Notes: a model not told the origin generated them from the letters alone. A stretch of DNA of 64,000 nucleotides from an uncultured Candidatus Saccharibacteria bacterium (GCA_964478705.1 CAYZIR010000004.1:2905-66904); one strand, 5' to 3'; positions 1-9,829 are shown, counted from the stretch's first letter. Numbers and translations are program-made.

Positions 1-185
1 TGGGAGAGTTTCCACCCCAGACAATGCGCGCAGGCGCTTCTCTCGTGTCGTGCATCGTGGCTCCTTATCGTTGGTGATCGATTCCGAAAGCACCATAGCA
101 AGAAGAAACCGCAAGAGCAAGGCGAAGCGATATATCTGTCCTTTGCTACCATTTTGTTGTAGGTTGTTTGTTGTAGGTTTGCATT

Positions 186-269
186 GGGCACGTGGCGAAA
201 TTGGTAGACGCGCTACGTTCAGGTCGTAGTTCCCGCAAGGGATTGGGAGTTCGAGTCTCCCCGTGCCCA
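186..269 (+). tRNA. tRNA-Leu (anticodon CAG), long variable arm, CCA not encoded
   Basis: Cloverleaf read directly: acceptor GGGCACG/CGTGCCC, D-arm GCGAAATTGGTAGACGC, anticodon loop TTCAGGT, long variable arm, T-arm GGGAG-TTCGAGT-CTCCC, discriminator A. Confidence 0.85.
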
Positions 270-351
270 CAAAATAACGAGTCAGAGGTGTATGTTTTCA
301 TCCATGACCCACAACATGGCTTGAGAGAAAGGTGATTGCTACACTACCTGC

Positions 352-1479
352 ATGAGAGCTTTTCTTGTCGAGCGGTTTCGCCGTATCACTGCGTCCTCTG
401 CATTCATGCCCGAAATCGACGGTCTGCGCTTCCTTGCGATTGCATGGGTTGTTCTTTTTCATATCAATATTTTTATTCTTGGGAAAGCACAGGCAGGACT
501 CTCAGCACTCGCAGAACGGTACGAACTCCTCTCACTCTTTCTTGGAAACGGTAGCCGTGGCGTCGAACTCTTTTTTGTCATCAGTGGGTTCATCCTTGCG
601 CTCCCATTCGCAAAACGTTTCATCGCTGGCGAACGTGTATTTAATCTCAAAGCATACTTTCTGCGTAGGCTCACGCGCCTTGAACCACCCTACATTTTCA
701 ACATGATCGTTGCGTTTATTGCGCTCATTGCAATCGGTCGGTACGCGTTTAACGATATTTTTACGAGTCTTCTCTCATCACTCGTATATCTCCACAACAT
801 TCTTCCTGTGGGTCCGGGCGTGAACGGTGTTGCGTGGTCGCTCGAAATTGAGGTGCAATTTTATATTCTTGCACCACTACTCGCGTGTGTCTTTTTCCTA
901 AAACGACCGCTTCGTATCGTGTGCATCATTCTGTCGATAGGTGCGTTACTTCTCGCACAACATTTCTATCTCCCCGCATTTTTGAGTTTGTACAATTATC
1001 TACAGTATTTTCTCATTGGTTTTTTGTTGGTTGATATGTATGTCATGAAGACAACGCTGTCACTTTCTCGGCCAGCGAGTTTCATGCTTGGCTTAGGATT
1101 GTTCGGCGTCATCTTTTTCGTTGATATGAGCACCGTCATGGGAGATGTGCTCTTTCTCGCGAGCGTATATTTGCTCTACTTGCTCGCTTTGACGAACGAC
1201 GTGTGGAAGCGCGTGTTTGGAACAACGTGGGTCACACTGATTGGTGGAATGTGCTACAGCATTTATCTCTGGCACTACATTGTTATTTCGTTTGTGGGTG
1301 GCAAAACGATTGCATGGGCGACCGACGGATATCTTTCAACGCTTTTGACGCAAGGACTACTGCTTTGTGGCAGTGTGCTTGCGGTTTCGTCCTTCTTCTA
1401 CCTGCTCATTGAACGACCGTGCATGGATAAGGAGTGGCCGATGAAACTCCGAGAGCGAATTCGAGGCTTGCTACACTAA
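352..1479 (+). CDS. acyltransferase family 3 (OafA/YrhL-like) integral membrane O-acyltransferase
   Basis: 375 aa with about 10 TM segments; N-terminal FLAIAWVVLFH motif typical of acyltransferase_3. Confidence 0.7.
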   Translation: MRAFLVERFRRITASSAFMPEIDGLRFLAIAWVVLFHINIFILGKAQAGLSALAERYELLSLFLGNGSRGVELFFVISGFILALPFAKRFIAGERVFNLKAYFLRRLTRLEPPYIFNMIVAFIALIAIGRYAFNDIFTSLLSSLVYLHNILPVGPGVNGVAWSLEIEVQFYILAPLLACVFFLKRPLRIVCIILSIGALLLAQHFYLPAFLSLYNYLQYFLIGFLLVDMYVMKTTLSLSRPASFMLGLGLFGVIFFVDMSTVMGDVLFLASVYLLYLLALTNDVWKRVFGTTWVTLIGGMCYSIYLWHYIVISFVGGKTIAWATDGYLSTLLTQGLLLCGSVLAVSSFFYLLIERPCMDKEWPMKLRERIRGLLH

Positions 1480-1483
1480 TCAC

Positions 1484-2632
1484 ATGCATCGACTACTTCA
1501 TATCTTTAAACGATCCGTCGGGTACGAACCATTGGTGCGGGTGGTGATATCAAAAAGTGCACTTCTTCACAACATCGAATATTTTGCACGGAAAGTACCG
1601 AACGCAAAGCTTGCTCCGGTGTTGAAAAGCAACGCATACGGACACGGACTAATCGAGGTCGCAACGATTCTCAACAATCGACCGGAAATTGAATTCCTTG
1701 TCGTTGATTCGCTCTACGAAGCCCGTGTACTTCGTGCGGAAGGTGTTGCAACAAAGATTCTCATTCTTGGGTACGTCCGGCCTGAGGATATTGTTCGTGC
1801 ATCGAAAGAATTCAAGGATGTTTCTTTTACGGTAATTTCCCTCGAACACGCAAAAGAACTTCTCTCCCGCATCTCGCACCACACATCTCGTATCGTACTT
1901 CACCTCAAAGTCGACACCGGCATGCATCGACAAGGTGTCTCACTCGGGGAGCTTCCCGAAGCGCTTACGCTCATCAAAGAAAATAACACTATCTTTCTTG
2001 AAGGCCTGTGTACGCATCTCTCTGATGCGGATGGTGATGATCCGACATTCACGAGAGGGCAGATTGCACTGTGGAACAAAGCGAGGAGCATTTCGGACAT
2101 TGTGTATGGCAACATTCCGTACTATCACGTCGCAGCGACCAAAGGATTTCCGTTTGCAGATGAGATTAACGCAAATGTGTTCCGGTTAGGCATTGGGCAA
2201 CACGGCGTTTCTCCCTCGAAGGGTGAGAATGATTTCATCCCTGCACTCTTGCTCGAAACAGAAATTGCATCACTACGCACCATCAAACCCGGTGACTCGG
2301 TTGGCTACAATAATACTTTTGTTGCAACGAAGCATATGACCATCGCAACGGTGCCTGTTGGTTACTTTGAAGGTGTCGATCGCCGACTCTCGAACAAGGG
2401 CTCAATGCGTGTGCGAGGAATTGAGTGTCCAATCATCGGACGGGTTTCGATGAATATGTGTTCGATTGACGTTTCTCATGTTCCCGATGTGAAAGCAGGG
2501 GAGCACGTCATCGCTATTTCGAATGATCGACATGCATCAAATTGTGTTGAACGCATCGCTGAACTTTGCGAAACCATCCCCTACGATATTCTCGTGCACA
2601 TTCCATCGCATTTAAAGCGCGTTGTGGTATAG
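1484..2632 (+). CDS. alr: alanine racemase
   Basis: PLP-site motif PVLKSNAYGHGL near the N-terminus and the length are typical; C-terminal domain motifs present. Confidence 0.85.
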   Translation: MHRLLHIFKRSVGYEPLVRVVISKSALLHNIEYFARKVPNAKLAPVLKSNAYGHGLIEVATILNNRPEIEFLVVDSLYEARVLRAEGVATKILILGYVRPEDIVRASKEFKDVSFTVISLEHAKELLSRISHHTSRIVLHLKVDTGMHRQGVSLGELPEALTLIKENNTIFLEGLCTHLSDADGDDPTFTRGQIALWNKARSISDIVYGNIPYYHVAATKGFPFADEINANVFRLGIGQHGVSPSKGENDFIPALLLETEIASLRTIKPGDSVGYNNTFVATKHMTIATVPVGYFEGVDRRLSNKGSMRVRGIECPIIGRVSMNMCSIDVSHVPDVKAGEHVIAISNDRHASNCVERIAELCETIPYDILVHIPSHLKRVVV

Positions 2633-2677
2633 TCTCTCCGGGTAATACTGAACATAACACACACGGGAACGGAGGAG

Positions 2678-3547
2678 ATGATGCTCGCGCCTGCAATGGT
2701 AGGACAGACGGACGCGTCGACTCAGCTCGAGCCGACGCGGAAATTCGAATATGGAGGGGTGCATGTGCACCTCTTCGGGAAGGGAGCCCCGCTTCGTCGG
2801 ACGATGGACATGGAGACACAGAGGATGCTCGCACTCCATGTTGTCGGAAAGGGAGTAGGGAACATTTTTGCCATCAATGGGCAGGAATTCAACGCAAAGG
2901 TGATTCGACCTCTGCCCGTTCACTATCGAAGTGAAAAGGGTTTTGGTGGGCACAGCATCCATCATTCACTGAATTTTTTCTTCGGTGCGCTGGCCGATGG
3001 AATCGTCGGACTGACTGACGGTGATGGTTTTTTCTATCGCACCGCTGACTGTCCGACCGTGCTCATCACGAATGGAGACATCTTCAGTGCTCTCCATGCG
3101 GGGAAGGACTCTCTCATCGACAAGAACTGGGATTCCAGATCTTGTCGCCCAAGCGTCATTCAAAACGGTATTTGGGTGATGAACGCTGACCCAAGTGAGA
3201 TGTCAGCTTTCATTCTTTGCGGGATCGGACCGAGTAGTTACCACTGCACGGACGACCATCCGCGGTATGGCCCAAAAAACCGGCAGTTGCGAGAGATGGT
3301 CGCGAGGCGGTATGGTTCACGATGTATTCGCGAGACGCGAGAAGGTCCGTCGTTGTCGCTTCCTGACCTCATCTCATCGGAGTTGCTCCGTTGTGGTCTC
3401 AGGGAAGATAGGATTTTCTACGACGACATCGACACCGCAAGAGAACTCGCTCCGGACGGCGTGAGTCATCTCTGGGCGAGTGCACACCGAGGCGATCGCG
3501 ATCGAAACGGTATTCTCGTATTTCGTCCGAGACGAAGTGTTCGGTAG
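2678..3547 (+). CDS. YfiH/PgeF (laccase-domain, DUF152) peptidoglycan editing factor / purine nucleoside phosphorylase family
   Basis: TADCPTVLI and LHAG motifs (Cys/His of the YfiH family); start codon uncertain (internal Met at 2804 possible). Confidence 0.6.
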   Translation: MMLAPAMVGQTDASTQLEPTRKFEYGGVHVHLFGKGAPLRRTMDMETQRMLALHVVGKGVGNIFAINGQEFNAKVIRPLPVHYRSEKGFGGHSIHHSLNFFFGALADGIVGLTDGDGFFYRTADCPTVLITNGDIFSALHAGKDSLIDKNWDSRSCRPSVIQNGIWVMNADPSEMSAFILCGIGPSSYHCTDDHPRYGPKNRQLREMVARRYGSRCIRETREGPSLSLPDLISSELLRCGLREDRIFYDDIDTARELAPDGVSHLWASAHRGDRDRNGILVFRPRRSVR

Positions 3548-3585
3548 TGTTCTTTTGGCTCCGCCATGCGAATGGTGGAGCTTTT

Positions 3586-4998
3586 TTATGCAGGAAATTT
3601 TTCTTCGCAGAGCTTTGGAATCGATGCGATGAGTCCTCCAAGATTCCCTGATGTGAGGAGTAACACCACATCGTTTGGGGTGAGTATCTGTTGTAATGCG
3701 CTCAACCCGCTCTGTTCATCATGTATCGCGTGGGCGGGCACAGAACCTCTATTCGCTTCCGCAAGAATTTCTTCGTGGCTCACCTGCTCGGTCTGGGGGC
3801 TTGGTGGGCGCGGTGGGTAGATGAACACGTGCTCTGCACCTTCAAAAACATCGCGATACCAATGCAGTGTCGCTCGGTTTCTCCAGCTGAATGTATATGG
3901 TTCAAATACAACCACGAGGCGTCGATTGGGGAAATGTGTTCGTAGTGCAGAAATTGCTGACCGTGCTTTGTCGTATGACGAACCAAACCCTTCATAAACG
4001 AGTACCGAAGAATGTGCCGTTTTTTTATCGAGTCGTCGTTCTACTCCTTTGAATGAAAGCACACCATTCGCAAATTCTTCTGGCGTGAGGATGTTTTTAC
4101 CGATGAGCATCGAAGCAGCGCCGATGATGTTTTGAATGTTGTGGTTGCCTAAGAGTGTTGTTGAAAGCGCACAGACAGGTTCTCCGTCACGCGTGAGCGT
4201 AAACGTTGATTGTTCGCTGTGGACGATATCGCGAGCCGACCATCGCGGATTGGTGTGCGTATCGAGTCCATACGTTTCCGCGTGTGATTGATATGGTTCG
4301 ATGAGTTCTTTCACATGAGGGTTGTCGGTGCACGCTGAAATTGTTCCATCCTGCGGTACACGAGCGAGGAGTTGTGCAAAGGCGTTTTGGAAGTCTTCTG
4401 GCGTTTTGAAGATATCGACGTGGTCATGCTCTGCTGATATGAAAACCGCATTCGATGTTTTGAAAAATAAAAACTTTGATCGATGGTCGAGTCCTGAGTT
4501 AATGTATTCGTCGCCTTCGATGACAAAATACCTTCCGGTTCCCGCATGTGCTGGCGCACTTTTATCAACGGGTAGTGCACCAATGAAATAGCTCGGGTCT
4601 TTGCCTGCAGACATAAGACAGTGTGCAATAAGCGCGGTCATCGTTGATTTTCCATAGCTTCCCGCAACCACAATGGTCTCTGATTCTTTTGAGAGCTCAC
4701 CGAGCACTTCTGCAAACGTGCGCACCGGAATGCCGAGCTCAATCGCACGAGATATTTCAGGGTTGTCGGCAGGATTCGACTTCGCACTTCCGCCCACAAC
4801 AACAAACTCGGTGTCAGTAGTTACATTGTCAGCAGAATATGTGTGCCCGACCTGAAACCCTTGTGTGGTGATGTAGTCGGAAATAGGAGGATAGAAGACC
4901 GCGTCAGTGCCCGTGACGTTGTATCCGCGTTCCTTGAGAATTGTTGCAACAGCGCTCATGCCCGCACCGCAGATACCGCTCATGTGTACTTTTTTCAT
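3586..4998 (-). CDS. mpl: UDP-N-acetylmuramate:L-alanyl-gamma-D-glutamyl-meso-DAP ligase (Mpl) / MurC-family ligase
   Basis: N-terminal MKKVHMSGICGAGMS...YPPIS (Mpl-like ICG/YPP motifs), Mur-ligase central GSYGKST P-loop and C-terminal domain; start set at MKKVH (ATG complement 4996-4998). Confidence 0.75.
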   Translation of the reverse strand: MKKVHMSGICGAGMSAVATILKERGYNVTGTDAVFYPPISDYITTQGFQVGHTYSADNVTTDTEFVVVGGSAKSNPADNPEISRAIELGIPVRTFAEVLGELSKESETIVVAGSYGKSTMTALIAHCLMSAGKDPSYFIGALPVDKSAPAHAGTGRYFVIEGDEYINSGLDHRSKFLFFKTSNAVFISAEHDHVDIFKTPEDFQNAFAQLLARVPQDGTISACTDNPHVKELIEPYQSHAETYGLDTHTNPRWSARDIVHSEQSTFTLTRDGEPVCALSTTLLGNHNIQNIIGAASMLIGKNILTPEEFANGVLSFKGVERRLDKKTAHSSVLVYEGFGSSYDKARSAISALRTHFPNRRLVVVFEPYTFSWRNRATLHWYRDVFEGAEHVFIYPPRPPSPQTEQVSHEEILAEANRGSVPAHAIHDEQSGLSALQQILTPNDVVLLLTSGNLGGLIASIPKLCEEKFPA

Positions 4999-5114
4999 CA
5001 GAAGGATTGTAGCACGTGTCGTTGATGAATCGTTGTGTGCGTTGTTAAAAGCATTTTTATACTGTATAAACAAGCGGGTTTGTTCAGCACGACACTACAT
5101 ACTCGAAAGGGGAG

Positions 5115-5803
5115 TCTGCGTGAAGAAAGAAGGGTTTGCGTATCGGATGGCTTGGAGTACAACATCATGGTGGGGGAAAGTATCTCTCCTCATCGTGTCG
5201 GTCTTCCACTTTCCGGCCGTACTTTCCTCAGAGGGGAAGACGAGCGCGGTTGCGGGATTGACGAGTACCGCGCACAGCATCGCTGGTACGGCGAAAAAGA
5301 AAATCAAACGGTACGCTCGCGAACTGTACCCACTTGTGTACCTTCTCCTGCCGATACTCGCATGGGCGGTGCTCGGGTTTCTGTGCCTTTGTATTTCCTT
5401 CGTCGGCGGACGTTTGCTCTATCGATGGCACAAGATGCTGACCGCCGAACAGTGCGACATCGGTCAGAGTTCACTCCATTCGCTCTGGGGCGATGACAAG
5501 GCACTCCTCCTGATTTCTCTCGGGATGGATCGTTTGTCGTCGAACGCCCTTCACACCGCAGGACTGCTTGCGATTGCCAAAGCGGAGATCTATCGCACGC
5601 GTGGGTACACGTCCTCGGCTCATGAATGGGCGAGTCGTGCGTATTCCTATGCACAAAGTGCAGAGCGCGCGGGACAAAAAAAGCAGGCGATTCGTATTTA
5701 TCGGAAATGCGCTCCGTTCGTTGGACATGACGCTATTGTTCGCGCCGAGATGCTTGCCTCAGAGCTCGGTGTGCATGACCAACAACTGAAGATGAGTGCG
5801 TGA
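5115..5803 (+). CDS. hypothetical membrane protein
   Basis: GTG start 6 nt after a GGGGAG RBS; two predicted TM helices; no recognisable domain. Confidence 0.45.
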
Positions 5804-5810
5804 TGTAGCG

Positions 5811-5836
5811 CCCGACCAAAAGGTCGGGCTTTTTGT
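5811..5836 (+). terminator. rho-independent terminator (gcccgacc-aaaa-ggtcgggc + T5)
   Basis: 8-bp GC stem followed by TTTTT. Confidence 0.7.
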
Positions 5837-5844
5837 ATGAAAAA

Positions 5845-5870
5845 GCGCCGTCCCGAAGTGCGGGACGGCG
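5845..5870 (-). terminator. rho-independent terminator for the minus-strand gene 5892..6551
   Basis: cgccgtcccg-aagtg-cgggacggcg hairpin, followed by a T-run on the minus strand. Confidence 0.65.
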
Positions 5871-5891
5871 CGGTGGCGTGGACGACGAGGG

Positions 5892-6551
5892 CTAGAAGCT
5901 CAGACTATAGGACGCCCCAAACCAGATCGTTGCCTGAAACTCGTCGCTCATGCCGGTGATTCTGTCGAACCCCGGCATACCAGCAACACCCTGGAATCTG
6001 GTCCGGCCGTTGTTCAGGCTCAGGCCAAGGTGGTGTCCAAAGAGCCGTTGCTCGGGCAAGATGTAGGAGTAGCGCAAGTGGACATCCCCGTAGTCGTGGA
6101 TATCCCGTAGCGAAGCGGTCGCTCCCGCGCAGATTCCCTGGTCGTCCGGACGGAAACAGTAGTCGAAGCTCACACGCTCCGCACAACTGTCGAACAACTT
6201 CCCTTCGAAACAACCCTTGGTGTAGATGGCGAGGACGGAACCTCTCTTCGTCACGCGGACCTCCTCACCAAGATGGTACGCCCACCAGGAACCCTCGGTC
6301 TGGCCAGTCTTTTCGGCGGGCCCTCCGGCTCCGCCGAAGAACGTCTGGGTTCGCGAAGTGGTGTGTTTTACACCCGCTCCGATTCCGGGAGTGGGCTCGT
6401 ACCCCGCACCCATCCCGTAGGAGACGGACACGTCGATTCCGAAACCGCGCTGAGCCCAGAATTGCTCCTGCGCCTTGGCCGGCGACGTGCTGCCGATCGA
6501 CAGGAGTGCGAGGGCAACGAGGATTGCTGCGAGAATCTTGGTTCGAGACAT
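5892..6551 (-). CDS. secreted small beta-barrel outer-membrane-protein-like protein (OmpA/OmpW-type 8-strand barrel signature, C-terminal Phe)
   Basis: Signal peptide MSRTKILAAILVALALLSIGSTSPAKA; alternating-hydrophobic strands; terminal ...ATIWFGASYSLSF; about 60% GC versus about 50% in the surrounding DNA. Confidence 0.5.
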   Translation of the reverse strand: MSRTKILAAILVALALLSIGSTSPAKAQEQFWAQRGFGIDVSVSYGMGAGYEPTPGIGAGVKHTTSRTQTFFGGAGGPAEKTGQTEGSWWAYHLGEEVRVTKRGSVLAIYTKGCFEGKLFDSCAERVSFDYCFRPDDQGICAGATASLRDIHDYGDVHLRYSYILPEQRLFGHHLGLSLNNGRTRFQGVAGMPGFDRITGMSDEFQATIWFGASYSLSF

Positions 6552-6670
6552 GAGGCGCTCCTTTCAAGAGCTCTGCTGTGTTTGTGTTCTATCCTGTCGA
6601 GTACTCTACACATCTTTTGACGCACCGTCAAGCAGATTGCTTTTTAACACTCCGACGCTACACTGCTTCT

Positions 6671-7279
6671 ATGAATAGAGAAGTTGTGTCGTACCGCCAG
6701 CTTTTTTGGGCGCTTTTCATCCTCGTTGCTATTGCAGTGGGTTTGTTTTTTTTCATCCACGAACAGAGGCTCAATAGGCTGTATGAAACAGAGGTTTCTT
6801 CTCGAACATCAGGGAATAATCCAGTCTGCTACCCGAACGACTCATCACGGGTTTCATCAGAAATAGCAACGTCTACAGCAGAAGGTGTCTATGTAATTGC
6901 ATATAAACGACCAGCATCGTGGTACGTTGAGGAGAACCCTCACTACATACCGAGCGAAAGCTTTAACTGTGGCGTTTTCTCAGGATTCGTTGAGGTCTCT
7001 GGACCATCTGACATGCATGGAAAACTTGAGGAGCGAAAAGATTTTGAGCCGGGAGAGGAAACAATAGAAGTGCTTTCAATAAACGATGTATCTGTTACTA
7101 AGCGAACTGTTATTCATGAACAGAGATCAGATGCTCGTTATGTTTCCTATGATTTTTATCTCGAAGATCTTACGGTTCATTTCTCTTTACACGTTTACAC
7201 CTATCGTGAAGAGGATGCATCACTATTAGACGAGCTTGCGCACAGTGTGGTAATTTCATTCACTCCACATTCAATATAA
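6671..7279 (+). CDS. hypothetical N-terminally membrane-anchored protein
   Basis: ATG at 6671 followed by a TM helix (LFWALFILVAIAVGLFFFI); no known domain. Confidence 0.45.
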   Translation: MNREVVSYRQLFWALFILVAIAVGLFFFIHEQRLNRLYETEVSSRTSGNNPVCYPNDSSRVSSEIATSTAEGVYVIAYKRPASWYVEENPHYIPSESFNCGVFSGFVEVSGPSDMHGKLEERKDFEPGEETIEVLSINDVSVTKRTVIHEQRSDARYVSYDFYLEDLTVHFSLHVYTYREEDASLLDELAHSVVISFTPHSI

Positions 7280-7285
7280 TTTTCT

Positions 7286-7972
7286 ATGCAGAGTGCAACT
7301 CTCTACGTCGTCGGAACACCAATCGGCAATCTTGAAGATGTTACGCATCGCGCCGTTCGCATTCTCAAAGAAGTGAACGTTATTTTCTGTGAAGACACCC
7401 GTGTCACCAAGCGCCTCTGTGAAAAATATGGCATTGAGACCCGATTGATGTCGTTGAATGCGCGCACCGAGCGTGGTAAGGCAAAATTGGTCGCAGTGAT
7501 TCTCTCAGAAGGGAAGGATGTTGCGCTGGTCTCTGACGCAGGAACGCCGGGTATCTCAGACCCAGGGAGTTTTGTCGTGCAGTACGTCCGTGAAGAAATG
7601 CCGGACTCTCCAATCGTTGCGATTCCCGGACCATCAGCACTCACCGCAGCACTTTCAATCGCGGGCATCACCGAAACAGAATTTTTGTTCCTCGGATTCC
7701 TTCCGCACAAGAAAGGTCGGCAGACACTGCATAAAGAAATCGCGGAAACAGAGCGCGCAGTCGTGATGTATGAGTCTCCACACCGCATCATGAAACTTTT
7801 GGGAGAGTTACAGGAGTTTGGCTCGGCGGATCGAAAAGTTTCAATTGCACGCGAGCTCACAAAAATTTATGAGGAGATGGTCTCCGGAACGCCCGCAGAG
7901 CTTTTGAACTATTTTGAATCGAATACAGAAAAAGAGAGAGGAGAGTTTGTGGTGATTGTGCATCCGAAATAA
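7286..7972 (+). CDS. rsmI: 16S rRNA (cytidine1402-2'-O)-methyltransferase RsmI
   Basis: N-terminal LYVVGTPIGNLEDVTHRAVRIL...FCEDTR, canonical tetrapyrrole-methylase-fold RsmI. Confidence 0.85.
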   Translation: MQSATLYVVGTPIGNLEDVTHRAVRILKEVNVIFCEDTRVTKRLCEKYGIETRLMSLNARTERGKAKLVAVILSEGKDVALVSDAGTPGISDPGSFVVQYVREEMPDSPIVAIPGPSALTAALSIAGITETEFLFLGFLPHKKGRQTLHKEIAETERAVVMYESPHRIMKLLGELQEFGSADRKVSIARELTKIYEEMVSGTPAELLNYFESNTEKERGEFVVIVHPK

Positions 7973-8039
7973 AGAATACGTTGTTTTGACCTCGACTCGG
8001 ACGTTGTGAAAACAGGCTTTCACACGCTCCTCGCTCGTC

Positions 8040-8076
8040 AAAATAAAAAACGGCTCCGTGTGGGACACGGAGCCGT
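8040..8076 (-). terminator. rho-independent terminator on the minus strand (ggctccgtg-tggga-cacggagcc + T6)
   Basis: 9-bp stem; T-run only in the minus orientation. Confidence 0.6.
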
Positions 8077-8156
8077 GGTTCTTCGGCGGGACGAGGTCGG
8101 TCAGGAGCCTCGCTTGTGGGATACCTATCGGACGGTGCCGAGAGGTAGATACTGGA

Positions 8157-8402
8157 TCACCCCCTCTCCGCCGTGGAGAGGTTAGGTTTGCTGTTTGCGT
8201 TCATGGGCGATCCTCCTTCTGTTGTTGGGCGTGGCGGGAGTGCCACGACATCGTGAAAATCGCGCTGAATCTTCCGAAGGACGTCTTCGTCAGAAAGACC
8301 CTGTCGTCGATAGTAGTCGACGAAATAGCGTATCAACTCCTCACGACCTCTTTTTTCGGGCGGTTTTCCTAAACGAATTCCGAGACGCACGAAGCCTCCC
8401 AT
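8157..8402 (-). CDS. hypothetical small protein (about 81 aa), or part of an ncRNA
   Basis: Only transcribed-looking unit upstream of the minus-strand terminator; protein-like segment ELIRYFVDYYRRQGLSDEDVLRKIQRDF; start chosen at the internal MGGF. Confidence 0.3.
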   Translation of the reverse strand: MGGFVRLGIRLGKPPEKRGREELIRYFVDYYRRQGLSDEDVLRKIQRDFHDVVALPPRPTTEGGSPMNANSKPNLSTAERG

Positions 8403-8530
8403 GTATGATGAACATCCTGCTTTGCACTGTATCACCACGACAGAGACTAGGCCATACCCACACGTTTTTTCCGTGCACCCCATTGGCATTGTGTACACTC
8501 TCTGTATACTGGAGCAACAGCAATCATCGT

Positions 8531-9817
8531 ATGAATACCATCGTTACACACGTTAAAAAACAAAAGCGGTATCTACCGGCAGTCGGAATTCTCATCGTTA
8601 TTGTTCTTTTGTTTATGGTGGCACCGCATATCTTCTCTTCGAGTTATAGCGTTGGTTCAGAAGGGGAAGTGTTTTCTGTCCTTCCACAGAAACCAAAAAT
8701 CCCCGAAGTGGCGCACATCAAAACTCCTGAATCGGTCAAAGCAATCTACATGTCGCAGTGTGTGGTTGGTACACCCTCGTTCCGTGACAAATTAGTTGCG
8801 CTTGTTGATGAGACCGAATTGAACTCAATTTTGATTGATATCAAAGATTTCACCGGACGCATCGCATTTACAACCGACAACCCAATACTCGCTGATTCGG
8901 TGTCGCCTGACTGTGGCGCGCGCGACATGAAAGAATTCATCAAGCTCCTTCATGAAAAAGATATCTATGTGATTGGGCGCATCACGGTGTTCCAAGATCC
9001 GTACTACACAAAACTGCACCCTGAATTTGCTGTGAAGAAAGAGTCCGACGGTACCGTGTGGAAAGACCACAAAGGTCTCTCATTCATTGATGTGGGAGCG
9101 CACGCGTACTGGGATTACGTGGTTGAACTTTCGAAAGAAAGCTATCGCATTGGGTTCGATGAAATCAACTATGACTATGTTCGCTACCCATCCGACGGCA
9201 ACATGAAGGACATCGCGTTCACGCTCTCAGGCGGAAAACCGAAAGCAGAAGTGCTCGAAAGTTTCTTTGCGCATCTCTACGACGAACTCTCCGAACCATT
9301 TGATGACTTTGATGATGTACCCGCGCTCTCGGTTGATCTCTTTGGATACACAACCACGAACACCGATGACTTGGGCATCGGTCAAGTGATTGAACGCGCG
9401 TTGCCATACTTCGACTATGTGATGCCGATGGTGTATCCATCGCATTACAACTCCGGATTCATCGGTATTGCAAAACCTGCAACAGATCCGTATGCGGTTA
9501 TTAAGTATTCAATGGATTCGGCGGTGCGACGTGCCAATGTGATGCGCGATTCGCTTGCATCAAACAGCACGTCAACCGAAATGGTCTCGGCGCGTGCCCA
9601 AGCAAAAAAGGGTCGCGGGAAAATTTCCTCCGATCAACTTCGTCCATGGCTTCAAGATTTTGATTTGGGCGCAACATATACACCCGAGATGGTTCGCGCG
9701 CAGATGCAAGCAACGTACGACGCGGGATTGGATTCGTGGGCGCTCTGGGATGCGGGAAACACCTACACACGCGCAGCACTTCACGCAGATATCACGACCG
9801 TTCCGGTGAGTGAGTAA
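8531..9817 (+). CDS. membrane-anchored TIM-barrel glycoside-hydrolase-like protein (DUF4015/GHL-type, putative)
   Basis: ATG at 8531, N-terminal TM helix, about 400-aa extracellular domain; family assignment from memory only. Confidence 0.4.
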   Translation: MNTIVTHVKKQKRYLPAVGILIVIVLLFMVAPHIFSSSYSVGSEGEVFSVLPQKPKIPEVAHIKTPESVKAIYMSQCVVGTPSFRDKLVALVDETELNSILIDIKDFTGRIAFTTDNPILADSVSPDCGARDMKEFIKLLHEKDIYVIGRITVFQDPYYTKLHPEFAVKKESDGTVWKDHKGLSFIDVGAHAYWDYVVELSKESYRIGFDEINYDYVRYPSDGNMKDIAFTLSGGKPKAEVLESFFAHLYDELSEPFDDFDDVPALSVDLFGYTTTNTDDLGIGQVIERALPYFDYVMPMVYPSHYNSGFIGIAKPATDPYAVIKYSMDSAVRRANVMRDSLASNSTSTEMVSARAQAKKGRGKISSDQLRPWLQDFDLGATYTPEMVRAQMQATYDAGLDSWALWDAGNTYTRAALHADITTVPVSE

Positions 9818-9829
9818 TACGGCACTCCT

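Noticed and set aside
1-55. Possible 5'-partial minus-strand CDS at the window start (GGAG RBS + ATG at 53-55, reading MHDTREAPARIVWGGNSP...)
   Set aside because: Only about 18 codons are inside the window; cannot be supported or identified.
3399-3671. Various 60-130-aa ORFs on the opposite strand of SecA, Mpl, the S74 protein and the glycosyltransferase genes
   Set aside because: All are embedded antisense in long well-supported genes and lack RBS and domain signal.
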